The notes under the pieces are model-generated. The model had not been told where the DNA came from and did not search any database. It saw nothing but the letters and a program-made list of their open reading frames with translations. Source: Aciduliprofundum boonei T469 (GTDB lineage: Archaea > Thermoplasmatota > Thermoplasmata > Thermoplasmatales > Aciduliprofundaceae). From it: a DNA stretch of 32,000 nt. The stretch is from assembly GCF_000025665.1 (NCBI RefSeq), contig NC_013926.1, positions 30,001 to 62,000 on the forward strand. Direction: 5' to 3'. The position numbers and the translations under genes are program-made. Position 1 is the stretch's first letter. Every line of letters starts with the position of its first letter. Shown in pieces: positions 1 to 8,426 of the stretch.

Positions 1-704
1 GTTGAATTTCCCAAAGGAGGAGTGAGCATAGTCAATACCTTCGATTTTACAGAGAAATTATTAGATTGGGTAAGCACATAGGTCAAATTCTGCAAAAGTG
101 GCTCAATCTTACCCATACCAGTTTCATTTGAAGATGGTTTAGAGAACATCAAAAGAACTATGTCTTTTGCATCATCTCTTATATCTGTAGCATTTTCGTA
201 AATATCCCTGTAATCACTCATAACAGAGTTCATCATCCTCATGGGTATAAGGGCAACTGTGAAATTAAGACCCTTCATCTCAGCGCTCATATTTTTAAGC
301 AATTCAGTAAGTTTATTTTCAAAATTAAGAGTTATATTACCCATTATAATGATATCCGCGGGGGATATTATACTCTCGCTCGGAGAGTTTGGAGTTCTCA
401 AATTCTTGGATATAATGCTATCATTTTGCAAATTCTCCTCAATTGTAAGCATATCCATCAAGGATGATTTAGAAAGCGTGTTATTTGATACAACTATAAC
501 CTGAACAATATCCGTATCACCGAAATTCTCACTCACTTTCATCTGGGCCTTAACCATTTCATCATTTGGAAGGAAAGTACTAAGATCTGCACTCATCTGC
601 ATCTGGGCAGTATAGAATCCAAATATGGATGTTATGAGAAGTATTACTATTATCGTAGCCACGGGCCTCTTACTTACCAAATTTCCAAGAGCTCTCAACT
701 CCAT
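1..704 (-). CDS. RND-superfamily (MMPL/COG1033-like) predicted exporter, N-terminal part; gene continues past the left window edge
   Basis: Absent from the ORF track because it is open at the edge. My translation of the minus strand from ATG 704-702 gives MELRALGNLVSKRPVATIIVILLITSIFGFYTAQMQMSADLSTFLPNDEMVKAQMKVSENFGDTDIVQVIVV..., with no stop down to nt 1. It has a basic N-terminus, one TM helix and then a large soluble loop, as in archaeal RND-type exporters. GGTGG (710-714, minus) lies 5 nt upstream of the ATG. Confidence 0.6.
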   Translation of the reverse strand, partial: MELRALGNLVSKRPVATIIVILLITSIFGFYTAQMQMSADLSTFLPNDEMVKAQMKVSENFGDTDIVQVIVVSNNTLSKSSLMDMLTIEENLQNDSIISKNLRTPNSPSESIISPADIIIMGNITLNFENKLTELLKNMSAEMKGLNFTVALIPMRMMNSVMSDYRDIYENATDIRDDAKDIVLLMFSKPSSNETGMGKIEPLLQNLTYVLTQSNNFSVKSKVLTMLTPPLGNS

Positions 705-817
705 GCCAACCACCTTATTGAGAGTATTTAGAGCAGATATTTAAATTTTTGGAATTACATAACCAAATTTATCAATATTTTTAACTTATAATAACATTTT
801 ATTGCTTTTTTTGGAAA

Positions 818-828
818 TTTTTATATAT
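818..828 (+). promoter_or_regulatory. TATA-box-like element (TTTTTATATAT) for the 851 gene
   Basis: AT-rich TATA-like element centred about 26 nt upstream of ATG 851. This spacing fits an archaeal promoter producing a leaderless mRNA. Confidence 0.45.
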
Positions 829-850
829 CAATTTTCCCATATCCTGTTCT

Positions 851-1888
851 ATGAAACTCAATGATGTTGAGAAGAGAATCATCTGTGCCCTGTGTAAAAA
901 TCCCGATATGTCGGCGAGAGAACTTGCAGAATTTTTAGATTTAAATTATTGGACAGTATACAAAAGCATTAATAAGATGAGGGGAAAAGGAATATTCAAA
1001 GAAACAATAATTCCAAATTTTAAAGCCCTTGGATTTGAGCTTTTAGTTATTGGATATGGAAGTTTAACAAAAAAGAAGATGGACGTGCTACAAGAGGTCA
1101 AAACTCTAAAAACGAATCTTAAATTCTCTTCTGGTGTATTTTATTCATTTGCGGAATCTTACAGAGGATTCGTGCTCGCCGTGTCCAAGAACTATACAGA
1201 GGTTGTAAAGGGATTGATTTATGCAGAGAGATTGATTCGTGTTAGGGAATTTCTTAAAGGGGAGAACACAGAGATGGTAATACTGCCCTTTGAAATAACA
1301 GAAATTCCATTATTTTTTGATTATTCAAATCTCATATGCAAAGAATTCAAGTTGGATTTAGAAAAGAGAGGTGAGAGGAAGGAAAGAATGAAAAAACTCA
1401 GTATGAAAAATGCTAAAGTCATGATGGAGATTGTTAAGAATCCCGAAGCAAAAATTTTACATATTGCCAAGAGATTAAATATGGCTCCCCAAAGTGTCTC
1501 AAAAATCAAAGATAGATTATTTGCAGAAGGTTATGTATCTAAAAAAATAATCCCAAACCTTCCCTTGCTTGGATACGATGTGCTGGTATTCGCTCACTGG
1601 AATTCAAATCCAGAAGTTATGGAAAAAATGCAAAATATAAAAATAGAGGCTCTCGGATATGACATGTCAAATGTAATCTTTACGGCTTACAATTCCCTCG
1701 AAGGTGTTGCCATAGCACCTTTCAAATCCCTTAAAGAGAGCAGAGATATAGTATCTTTCTTTGAAAATTTCGGTGAAGAGACCGGAGTGCTAACTAAAGA
1801 GCCAAATATCCTATTTCTTTCACTTCAAGAGGGAGTTGCAATGCGGGATCACGAGTACTATCCAATTTTAGCCTCAATTTTTAAGTAG
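851..1888 (+). CDS. Transcriptional regulator with two tandem winged-helix (Lrp/AsnC/MarR-like HTH) modules
   Basis: 345 aa. Residues ~1-70 (VEKRIICALCKNPDMSARELAEFLDLNYWTVYKSINKMRGKGIFKETIIPNFKALGFELLV) and ~183-250 (NAKVMMEIVKNPEAKILHIAKRLNMAPQSVSKIKDRLFAEGYVSKKIIPNLPLLGYDVLV) align with each other and have the HTH-plus-IIPN..LG layout of Lrp-type regulators. Confidence 0.6.
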   Translation: MKLNDVEKRIICALCKNPDMSARELAEFLDLNYWTVYKSINKMRGKGIFKETIIPNFKALGFELLVIGYGSLTKKKMDVLQEVKTLKTNLKFSSGVFYSFAESYRGFVLAVSKNYTEVVKGLIYAERLIRVREFLKGENTEMVILPFEITEIPLFFDYSNLICKEFKLDLEKRGERKERMKKLSMKNAKVMMEIVKNPEAKILHIAKRLNMAPQSVSKIKDRLFAEGYVSKKIIPNLPLLGYDVLVFAHWNSNPEVMEKMQNIKIEALGYDMSNVIFTAYNSLEGVAIAPFKSLKESRDIVSFFENFGEETGVLTKEPNILFLSLQEGVAMRDHEYYPILASIFK

Positions 1889-3031
1889 TTCGATAGCCAT
1901 ATTTACCTCAAATGCCACACCGTAAATAAGGGCACTCTCATCCACATTGAATCTTGGATTGTGATGTGGATAGATTATTCCCTTCCCCTCGTTTCTAGTA
2001 CCTAAGAATGCAAACAAGCCGGGTATAATACGAGCATATTCAGAGAAATCCTCACCACCCATATCGGGCTCTTGCTCTACAACATTCATTATCCTGACCG
2101 CCACTTTTCTTCCAATTATAGCTAAGCGCTCATCATTAACAGTTGCATAATTCAGATGCCTGTACTCAATTTTCCCCTTTGCTCCAAAAGCCCTAGCTTC
2201 ATTATCAATTAACTCCTTTATTCTATTTTCAATCAAATTATGAACATCCTCGTCAAATGTGCGCACAGTACCCTCAAACTCCACCTCCTCTGGAATTATG
2301 TTAAAAGCCGTGCCACCATTTATTTTTCCCACTGTAATAACTGCACTCTTCATAGGATCCACATTTCTGCTCACTATGCTTTGCAAGGACGATATAATGT
2401 AAGAGCTTGCCACAATGGGATCCATCGTCTCGTGGGGAGATGCTCCATGGCCTCCTTTTCCTTCAATAACAACACGGAACAAATCAACATTGGCGAGCAC
2501 AGGACCGGAAGAGATTGCTATGTTTCCAGAGGGCAAATTCGCCCAAACATGAAGCCCGAAAATTGAATCCACTCCATCTATTGCGCCCTCTTCCACCATC
2601 TTCCTTGCTCCATTCAAACCCTCTTCCGCTGGTTGGAAGATAAAGCGTATATTTCCTTCAAATTCCATCCGGCTTAAAATTTTGGCGGTAACTAAGAGCA
2701 TGGCTGTATGGGCATCATGGCCGCATGCATGCATCTTTCCCGGATATATAGAGCGATAAGGAACATCATTTTCCTCATTTATTGGCAGAGCATCCATGTC
2801 CGCTCGGATTGCGATTCTCTTGTTTCCTCCATTATTTATTTCCCCAACCACACCTGTTTTTGCCATAACCCTTGTTTCTATACCTAAATCATTAAGATAA
2901 TCCCTGACAATTCCAGAAGTTCTATTCTCTTCGAATCCAAGTTCAGGATGCATGTGAAAATCTCTTCTTAGCCTTATAACCTCATCCTCATATTTCTTAA
3001 ATTCTGCAAGTTCCATAATTTGATATCGCAT
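1874..3031 (-). CDS. M20-family amidohydrolase (N-acyl-L-amino-acid amidohydrolase / aminoacylase type)
   Basis: 385 aa with RRDFHMHPELGFEE, IRADMDALP and MHACGHDAH motifs typical of M20D amidohydrolases. The start may instead be ATG 3016 (MELAEF...), because a TATA-like element (TATAAA, 3039-3044, minus) sits about 25 nt upstream of it. Confidence 0.8.
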   Translation of the reverse strand: MRYQIMELAEFKKYEDEVIRLRRDFHMHPELGFEENRTSGIVRDYLNDLGIETRVMAKTGVVGEINNGGNKRIAIRADMDALPINEENDVPYRSIYPGKMHACGHDAHTAMLLVTAKILSRMEFEGNIRFIFQPAEEGLNGARKMVEEGAIDGVDSIFGLHVWANLPSGNIAISSGPVLANVDLFRVVIEGKGGHGASPHETMDPIVASSYIISSLQSIVSRNVDPMKSAVITVGKINGGTAFNIIPEEVEFEGTVRTFDEDVHNLIENRIKELIDNEARAFGAKGKIEYRHLNYATVNDERLAIIGRKVAVRIMNVVEQEPDMGGEDFSEYARIIPGLFAFLGTRNEGKGIIYPHHNPRFNVDESALIYGVAFEVNMAIELLKN

Positions 3032-3092
3032 CTATCCTATAAATTATTTCCCTGTGCAAAAAAGATTTATACAAGTTGAAGCATTGTGAAAT

Positions 3093-3674
3093 GTGGGATT
3101 ACTCAACGAACTTGAAGAGATAAAGCGGAAGGAGAAGGAGAGAAAGAAAGAGTTGCAAAAATTGAAAAGGAATTTTTATGAAGATGTAATAAAAAAAATT
3201 GATTCTTTTAGGGTAGAAGCGAGGATATATGTAGAGAAAATGGACATAGAAAGAGCAGGCAGGATTATGGATGAAATAAAGAAGATTGAAAAATCGTTGG
3301 ATGAGATAATAGCCCTGCGTGTTAGAAAAATTCTTCTATTCACCATTTGGAAGGATGAGAGAGATGTGAAAAATTTAACAAAGGAGGAGGAATTGCTCTA
3401 TAGAGAGGTAAAAGAGGCAATTGAGCGTCATAAAAATATGATATATGGAAGAGAAGAGATTCAGCAGGTGGAAAGAAAGATCGATAAAAATGTGGAAGAG
3501 GAAAAGGGGGAGAAAATAGAGGAGTATGTCTTGGCTAGGGTCAAAGCCCCAAGTTTGAAAATTGCTCTACCCGATAGGAATTTAATTCTCAGAAAAGAAG
3601 ATGTTTTGCATATGCCAAAGAAAATTTACGAAATTCTTTTAAAGAGCGATTATGTTGAAGAGATCAAGCTCTGA
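3093..3674 (+). CDS. Probable GINS subunit (Gins51/Gins15-like) of the replicative helicase complex; otherwise a coiled-coil hypothetical protein
   Basis: 193 aa with a GTG start. The layout matches my recollection of archaeal Gins51: an N-terminal L..L....FYED helix, ALRVRKIL, NLTKEEE..Y..V..AI, and a C-terminal beta-domain EEYVLARVKAPSLKIALPDRNLILRKEDVLHMPKKIYEILLKSDYVEEI. No search was done. Confidence 0.5.
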   Translation: MGLLNELEEIKRKEKERKKELQKLKRNFYEDVIKKIDSFRVEARIYVEKMDIERAGRIMDEIKKIEKSLDEIIALRVRKILLFTIWKDERDVKNLTKEEELLYREVKEAIERHKNMIYGREEIQQVERKIDKNVEEEKGEKIEEYVLARVKAPSLKIALPDRNLILRKEDVLHMPKKIYEILLKSDYVEEIKL

Positions 3675-3687
3675 GAACGAAATACTC

Positions 3688-3694
3688 TTATATA
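3688..3694 (+). promoter_or_regulatory. TATA box (TTATATA) of the eS19 operon
   Basis: CTTATATAGG lies about 32 nt upstream of ATG 3725. The same decamer also precedes the KaiC-like gene at 18711-18720. Confidence 0.45.
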
Positions 3695-3724
3695 GGTAAT
3701 GTATAGGGCGGTTTGGCGATTGAG

Positions 3725-4177
3725 ATGGTCACTGTGTATGATGTTCCACCAGAGAAGCTAATTGCGAGCGTGGCTGAAAAATTGAAAGAGGAGAAAATAG
3801 AGCCTCCAGAGTGGAGTAGATGGGTTACAACGGGAGTGCACAAGGAGAAGGGCCCAGAGCAGGAGGACTGGTGGTATATACGCCTTGCCTCCGTGCTACG
3901 CAAAATATACATTATGGGCCCAATAGGTACATCAAGGCTTGCAGCAGAGTACGGTGGTAAGGAGGACAGGGGCTCAAAGAGATACAAAGCTAGAAAAGGA
4001 AGCCGCGCGATAGTGCGCAAAGCACTACAGCAATTAGAATCATTGGGTTATGTGAAGAAGGATAAAAAGGGAAGGGTAATAACCCCGAAGGGCAGGTCCT
4101 TCATGGATAATGTTGCTCACGAAATAATGAAAGAATTAGTTAAGGAATCTCCTGAATTGGAGAAATACACGAAGTGA
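3725..4177 (+). CDS. rps19e: Ribosomal protein eS19 (S19e)
   Basis: MVTVYDVPPEKLIASVAEKLKEEKIEPPEWSRWVTTGVHKEKGPEQEDWWYIRLASVLRKIY... is a classic eS19 sequence. The track start (TTG 3713) probably lies upstream of the transcription start, so ATG 3725 is preferred. Confidence 0.93.
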   Translation: MVTVYDVPPEKLIASVAEKLKEEKIEPPEWSRWVTTGVHKEKGPEQEDWWYIRLASVLRKIYIMGPIGTSRLAAEYGGKEDRGSKRYKARKGSRAIVRKALQQLESLGYVKKDKKGRVITPKGRSFMDNVAHEIMKELVKESPELEKYTK

Positions 4178-4183
4178 GGAGGT

Positions 4184-4519
4184 ATGGACGATAAGGAGCT
4201 AGAGGAAATAAAGCGAAGAAAGATGCTGGAACTAATGCAGCAGCAGGTTCTAGCTCAAGAAAATAATGATGAGCAAAAGAGGTTGGAGGAAGAAGCTGCG
4301 AGGCAGGCCATACTTAGGCAGATATTGGAACCGGAGGCGAGAGAGCGCCTCGCAAGGTTGAAACTCGTAAGGCCTGAACTTGCAAATGCGGTGGAAAATC
4401 AGCTCATACTCCTCGCTCAAAGTGGAAGGATTGGAAGAATGATAACCGATGAGGAGTTAAAAAGTATATTAAGCAGATTGACATCTCAAAGAAGAGAGAT
4501 AAGGATAGAGAGGAGATAA
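4184..4519 (+). CDS. PDCD5/TFAR19-like double-stranded-DNA-binding protein (COG2118 family)
   Basis: 111 aa. [51 protein letters not shown] is the conserved PDCD5-like core. GAGGAGG precedes the ATG. The position between eS19 and eL39 is conserved in archaea. Confidence 0.85.
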   Translation: MDDKELEEIKRRKMLELMQQQVLAQENNDEQKRLEEEAARQAILRQILEPEARERLARLKLVRPELANAVENQLILLAQSGRIGRMITDEELKSILSRLTSQRREIRIERR

Positions 4520-4521
4520 AA

Positions 4522-4677
4522 ATGGCAAGAAATAAGCATGTTGCAAGAAAAATGCGATTGATAAGGAAAATGAACTCAAATAGGAGAGTTCCTGCTTGGG
4601 TGATGATGCGCACAGATAGAAAATTCACCCAGCATCCTCATAGGAGAAATTGGCGCCGCAATAAGTTGAAGGTTTAA
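4522..4677 (+). CDS. rpl39e: Ribosomal protein eL39 (L39e)
   Basis: Not in the ORF track (51 aa). My translation is [51 protein letters not shown]. It lies in the canonical position between the PDCD5-like and eL31 genes. Confidence 0.9.
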   Translation: MARNKHVARKMRLIRKMNSNRRVPAWVMMRTDRKFTQHPHRRNWRRNKLKV

Positions 4678-4688
4678 GGGTGATGTAA

Positions 4689-4952
4689 ATGGCAGAGAAA
4701 GAGATGATATTTAATGTTCCATTAAGAAAGGCGAAGATGGTTCCTAGAACTAGGAGGGCAAATTACGCAATAAAACTTCTTAGAGCCTATATTTCAAGGC
4801 ATATGAAGGTGCCTATAGAGAATGTTTGGATTGATAATCAGGTAAATGAGGCTATATGGAAGAGGGGGATACAAAAGCCTCCAAGCAAGATAACGGTAAA
4901 GGCAATAAAGTTTGAAGAAGAGGATACTGTGGAAGTACTGATGCCTGAATGA
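4689..4952 (+). CDS. rpl31e: Ribosomal protein eL31 (L31e)
   Basis: FNVPLRKAKMVPRTRRANYAIKLLRAYISRHMKV...VWIDNQVNEAIWKRGIQKPPSKITV is a typical eL31 sequence. Confidence 0.92.
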   Translation: MAEKEMIFNVPLRKAKMVPRTRRANYAIKLLRAYISRHMKVPIENVWIDNQVNEAIWKRGIQKPPSKITVKAIKFEEEDTVEVLMPE

Positions 4953-5605
4953 TCAAGAAAATATCCATAAACGGCAGTCCATTCGTGGGAGTTTACGCTT
5001 CTTGCAATAATAGCATTGCGGTTCTCCCGAATATTGAGATAAACGAGGATATTTTCAAAAAAACTCTTAATGTGGAAACATTTAAAACCACTCTTGGTGG
5101 CTCTCCCTTAATTGGAAGTTTGATGGTTATGAATTCAAAGGGAGCGGTAGTAACGAATTTTGCCTCGGATGAAGATGTGAGCTTTCTTTTTGATAGGATA
5201 AATGTGTTTTTCGTAGAAGATAAAATAAATGCCATAGGAAATGACATTCTTGCTAATGACAAAGCTGCCTTGGTGCATGTGGATTTTGACAAAGAGACGA
5301 TAAAGTACATTGAAGACGCGTTAGATGTTGAGGTTGTAAAGGGAGAGATAGGAGGCATAAAAACCGTTGGCTCGGCAGCTGTAGTCACAAACAAAGGTAT
5401 GCTTGTGCATCCAAATGTGAAAGATGAGGAGATAGAATTTTTGAAAAACCTGTTTGGTGTGCCCGTATATATATCCACAGCAAACTATGGAAGTTTGTAT
5501 GTTGGGGCTAGCATAGTCGCAAATGATTATGGGGCAATAGTGGGAGATAAGACAAGTAATGTAGAAGTTGATAGAATAGAAAATGCCTTGGATATCATCG
5601 AATAA
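4949..5605 (+). CDS. eif6: Translation initiation factor 6 (aIF6)
   Basis: 218 aa. The INGSPFVGVYASCNN... sequence and pentein-repeat pattern fit aIF6. The ATGA start overlaps the eL31 stop, and this is the conserved archaeal gene order. Confidence 0.9.
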   Translation: MIKKISINGSPFVGVYASCNNSIAVLPNIEINEDIFKKTLNVETFKTTLGGSPLIGSLMVMNSKGAVVTNFASDEDVSFLFDRINVFFVEDKINAIGNDILANDKAALVHVDFDKETIKYIEDALDVEVVKGEIGGIKTVGSAAVVTNKGMLVHPNVKDEEIEFLKNLFGVPVYISTANYGSLYVGASIVANDYGAIVGDKTSNVEVDRIENALDIIE

Positions 5606-6230
5606 ATACCCAAACTTGAGTTTCCCTAGGCAAATCTTCTTTTGTGAAATTTATCGAATTTCCGACATGCTCTACTTTATCCTCTGGAAAATAGGAGATA
5701 AAAGGATCCAGAGGTTGGATACCGAGAGTCATACCAGAAACTTTGTAGTGCATGGGAATGACGACCTTTGGTTTTAAGAGTTTAACATTCTCATATGCTT
5801 TTTTAGCATCCACTGTATAAACTCCTCCAACGGGGGTAAAGAGGATATCTATCTTTCCAATCTCATCCAGCTGCTCAGAGGTGAGTACATGACCAAGGTC
5901 CCCGACATGCAATAATTTTATACCTTCATTTTCAATTTTGTACATGGTGATTTGCCCTCTTTTCTTTCCATATTGCTCATCGTGATAAGCAGGTATTCCC
6001 TTGATATGCACATCTCCCATCTCATACTCGCCTGGCGAATCTATAACCTTAAAATTTCCCTTTACAACTCTCACTGCATCATGGTCAAAATGGTGATGAG
6101 TGATTAAAACAACATCTGCCTTTACAACTGGAGCTTTTATACCCAGGGACCTGCCATCGTGGGGGTCAATAACTATTTTTGTGCCTTCTCCAATCTCAAA
6201 GCACGAGTGCCCATGCCATTTTATCTCCAT
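5595..6230 (-). CDS. UPF0173-type metal-dependent hydrolase (metallo-beta-lactamase fold)
   Basis: 211 aa. MEIKWHGHSCFEI...IVIDPHDG...VLITHHHFDH are hallmarks of this family. Confidence 0.8.
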   Translation of the reverse strand: MEIKWHGHSCFEIGEGTKIVIDPHDGRSLGIKAPVVKADVVLITHHHFDHDAVRVVKGNFKVIDSPGEYEMGDVHIKGIPAYHDEQYGKKRGQITMYKIENEGIKLLHVGDLGHVLTSEQLDEIGKIDILFTPVGGVYTVDAKKAYENVKLLKPKVVIPMHYKVSGMTLGIQPLDPFISYFPEDKVEHVGNSINFTKEDLPRETQVWVFIR

Positions 6231-6283
6231 TCACATCACCTTTATCGAAATTATAATGTATTATGCAAATATAAACATTTTCA

Positions 6284-6817
6284 GTGGAGGTATATCCAGT
6301 ATCAGAGGACACTTTACTAATGCTAGATAACATAAGATGTGGAAAAAAGGTGCTAGAAGTAGGCACGGGTAACGGAGCAATTGCAATTGAATGTGCAAAA
6401 TCAGGCAGTTCTGTTCTAGCCGTGGATATAGACAAAGAGGCGGTTAAGAGATTGAGAGAAGAGGCAAAGATTAAAAATTTAAAAATTGAGACAAAAGTTT
6501 CAGACCTATTTGAAAATGTAGATGGAAAATATGACACCATCATATTCAATCCCCCTTATTTGCCCGGGAATCCAAAAGATTTGAAAGATTTGCAGTGGGC
6601 AGGTGGGGGAAAATACGGAGATGAGGTCATTTTAAAATTCTTGGATGTTGCTTGGAAATATTTAGCCGATGATGGAGAAATATATATAATTCTCTCCTCA
6701 TTCAATAGATTGAACAAAATCTTTGAAATGCCCTATAAATTCGAAAAAATAGCCCAAAAGAAGTTCTCCTTCCACGAAATTTATCTTTACAGAGCAAAAA
6801 AGATTAAAGAACGATGA
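6284..6817 (+). CDS. HemK/Mtq2-like SAM-dependent methyltransferase (putative release-factor glutamine N5-methyltransferase)
   Basis: 177 aa with a GTG start. It has VYPVSEDTLLMLD, a VLEVGTGNGAIAI SAM motif and an IIFNPPYLP (NPPY) catalytic motif. Confidence 0.7.
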   Translation: MEVYPVSEDTLLMLDNIRCGKKVLEVGTGNGAIAIECAKSGSSVLAVDIDKEAVKRLREEAKIKNLKIETKVSDLFENVDGKYDTIIFNPPYLPGNPKDLKDLQWAGGGKYGDEVILKFLDVAWKYLADDGEIYIILSSFNRLNKIFEMPYKFEKIAQKKFSFHEIYLYRAKKIKER

Positions 6818-7083
6818 AATTTTCACCTATGGAAATAAAAGAGGCACAAAAAATAATAGAGGAGGTTTATGGAGAAAAAGATAGGGAAAGAGGTGTATAT
6901 GCGGATTTGGTGTGGCTGGGGGAAGAATTGGGTGAGCTTTTCAAAGCCGTGCGAGAGAATAAAAGTATAGAAGAGGAAGTTGCAGATGTATTTGCATGGC
7001 TTCTCTCAGTAGCCAATGTTCTGGGCATAGATGTGGAAGAAGCATTCAAAATGAAGTATCTCACATCTCAAGGTCCTCCCTAG
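6814..7083 (+). CDS. MazG-like nucleotide pyrophosphohydrolase (single small domain)
   Basis: 89 aa. LGEELGELFKAV....EEEVADVFAWLLSVANVLGIDVEEAF is the EExxE...E..D MazG motif set. The ATGA start overlaps the upstream methyltransferase stop. Confidence 0.7.
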   Translation: MKFSPMEIKEAQKIIEEVYGEKDRERGVYADLVWLGEELGELFKAVRENKSIEEEVADVFAWLLSVANVLGIDVEEAFKMKYLTSQGPP

Positions 7084-7642
7084 TTAAATTCCTTAAATCA
7101 AGGATATCATCCGCAAATGTTGTCACCTGACTAAATTCTACCTCTTCAAGCTCTTTATCTAGCATAAAGATTATTCCTACAAGGCCATAGAGTCGTATCT
7201 CGTTAGTTATCATCCTTAGAAATCTTATGAATGATTGATAAGTGTTGTATGCTAAGAAAGTGCTGATGGATTCAATATAAACAAAATTCCTCTCGCCTTC
7301 CAACACTTTTAATCCATGTCTTATTGCACCCTCAAGTAACATAGCAGAAGGCTCATTAAGATAAATAACATTATTTCTCTCCTCAGGGGTTTTTATTGAA
7401 GCTGTAATGCAATCCACAAAGAAAAGCTTTGAGGGGTCTGCCCCCATCCTCCTTATTCGCTTTTCCACAGATGTATGGGGAATGTTCAAAGCCACATATA
7501 GTCCTTGGGTGTTATCATCCTTTAATAAATGAGCAACTATGGTATATCCTAACAATGCTCTAAGCTCTGCCTTTGTGAGCACCATCACTATTTTAGAGTC
7601 GTCTAACATCTCATCTATTATCTCTTTCAAATTGACGCTCAT
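7061..7642 (-). CDS. KaiC/RecA-like domain protein lacking a Walker A P-loop (inactivated paralog of the upstream ATPase)
   Basis: 193 aa and colinear with the 243-aa neighbour. VMVLTKAELRALLGYTIVAHLL replaces ISLVVGPSGIGKTILSVQWLAEGV, and FVYIESIS replaces RLVLDSLT. The ATGA start overlaps the upstream stop (7639-7642). Confidence 0.6.
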   Translation of the reverse strand: MSVNLKEIIDEMLDDSKIVMVLTKAELRALLGYTIVAHLLKDDNTQGLYVALNIPHTSVEKRIRRMGADPSKLFFVDCITASIKTPEERNNVIYLNEPSAMLLEGAIRHGLKVLEGERNFVYIESISTFLAYNTYQSFIRFLRMITNEIRLYGLVGIIFMLDKELEEVEFSQVTTFADDILDLRNLTREDLEM

Positions 7643-8370
7643 AGGATTATTCCCTCTTCCCTAATGTGGAAAGGTGTCCAATATGTTGGATGGTTAAACC
7701 CATACCTCTTCACTATCTTCAATGCTCTCATATGCATATTCTGATGCTCCATGAAATCCATAAGAATCGTGGCCTCGCTAAAATTTCTCATTTCCCCCAT
7801 CTTTTTTCCATCCTCATCCATTTCTTCAATTAACATAGTTGAAATCTTGTTATCATGGAAGAACCTTATCCAAGTGGCTCCGAGATATCTGAACATTGAA
7901 ATATCACCGACAATTTTCTCAATAGTAGTTAAGCTATCCAGCACTAATCTATCAATGGGCTTTTTCAAATTCAACTGTTCATCAAAGAAATCTGGCATAA
8001 CCTTATGAAAAATCTTCAAAATTTTCTCCTTTGTAAATGGTATCAAATCCTTCGGACTTATGTACATATCATACCAGTGTATTTTATCAACCGCATCCTT
8101 CAGCAATTTCATATCTCCATAGTACGCTATAACAGCCTCGGAGGGTAGAGTAGTTGAGATATAAACACATGTCTCACCATTCCTAACCCCCTCTGCTAGC
8201 CATTGTACTGAGAGTATCGTTTTACCTATTCCAGAAGGACCAACCACTAGCGAGATTCCATTTCTGGGAAAACCACCGCCAAGCGCTTCATCCAATTTTT
8301 TTATGCCAGTAGGCGCTACAGAAACTGTCATAGTTGGGCATTCTTGAATTGTGCATTTAAATTTTTTCAT
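7639..8370 (-). CDS. Single-domain KaiC-like (RecA-superfamily) ATPase
   Basis: 243 aa. It has TGIKKLDEALGGGFPRNGISLVVGPSGIGKT (Walker A), RLVLDSLT (Walker B) and an acidic LIEEMDE segment. Confidence 0.8.
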   Translation of the reverse strand: MKKFKCTIQECPTMTVSVAPTGIKKLDEALGGGFPRNGISLVVGPSGIGKTILSVQWLAEGVRNGETCVYISTTLPSEAVIAYYGDMKLLKDAVDKIHWYDMYISPKDLIPFTKEKILKIFHKVMPDFFDEQLNLKKPIDRLVLDSLTTIEKIVGDISMFRYLGATWIRFFHDNKISTMLIEEMDEDGKKMGEMRNFSEATILMDFMEHQNMHMRALKIVKRYGFNHPTYWTPFHIREEGIIL

Positions 8371-8426
8371 CTGATTATCAACATTGAAAACAAAAATTTT
8401 TAGAGATAGAAGAGATACAATAAGGA

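Noticed and set aside
241-504. 87-aa plus-strand ORF from the track
   Set aside because: It lies entirely antisense to the edge-truncated exporter gene (1-704, minus), which has a convincing start, ribosome-binding site and membrane-protein sequence. Its own sequence is low-complexity Ile/Leu/Ser typical of a shadow ORF.
4404-4628. 74-aa minus-strand ORF
   Set aside because: It is antisense to the PDCD5-like and eL39 genes, both of which are unambiguous.
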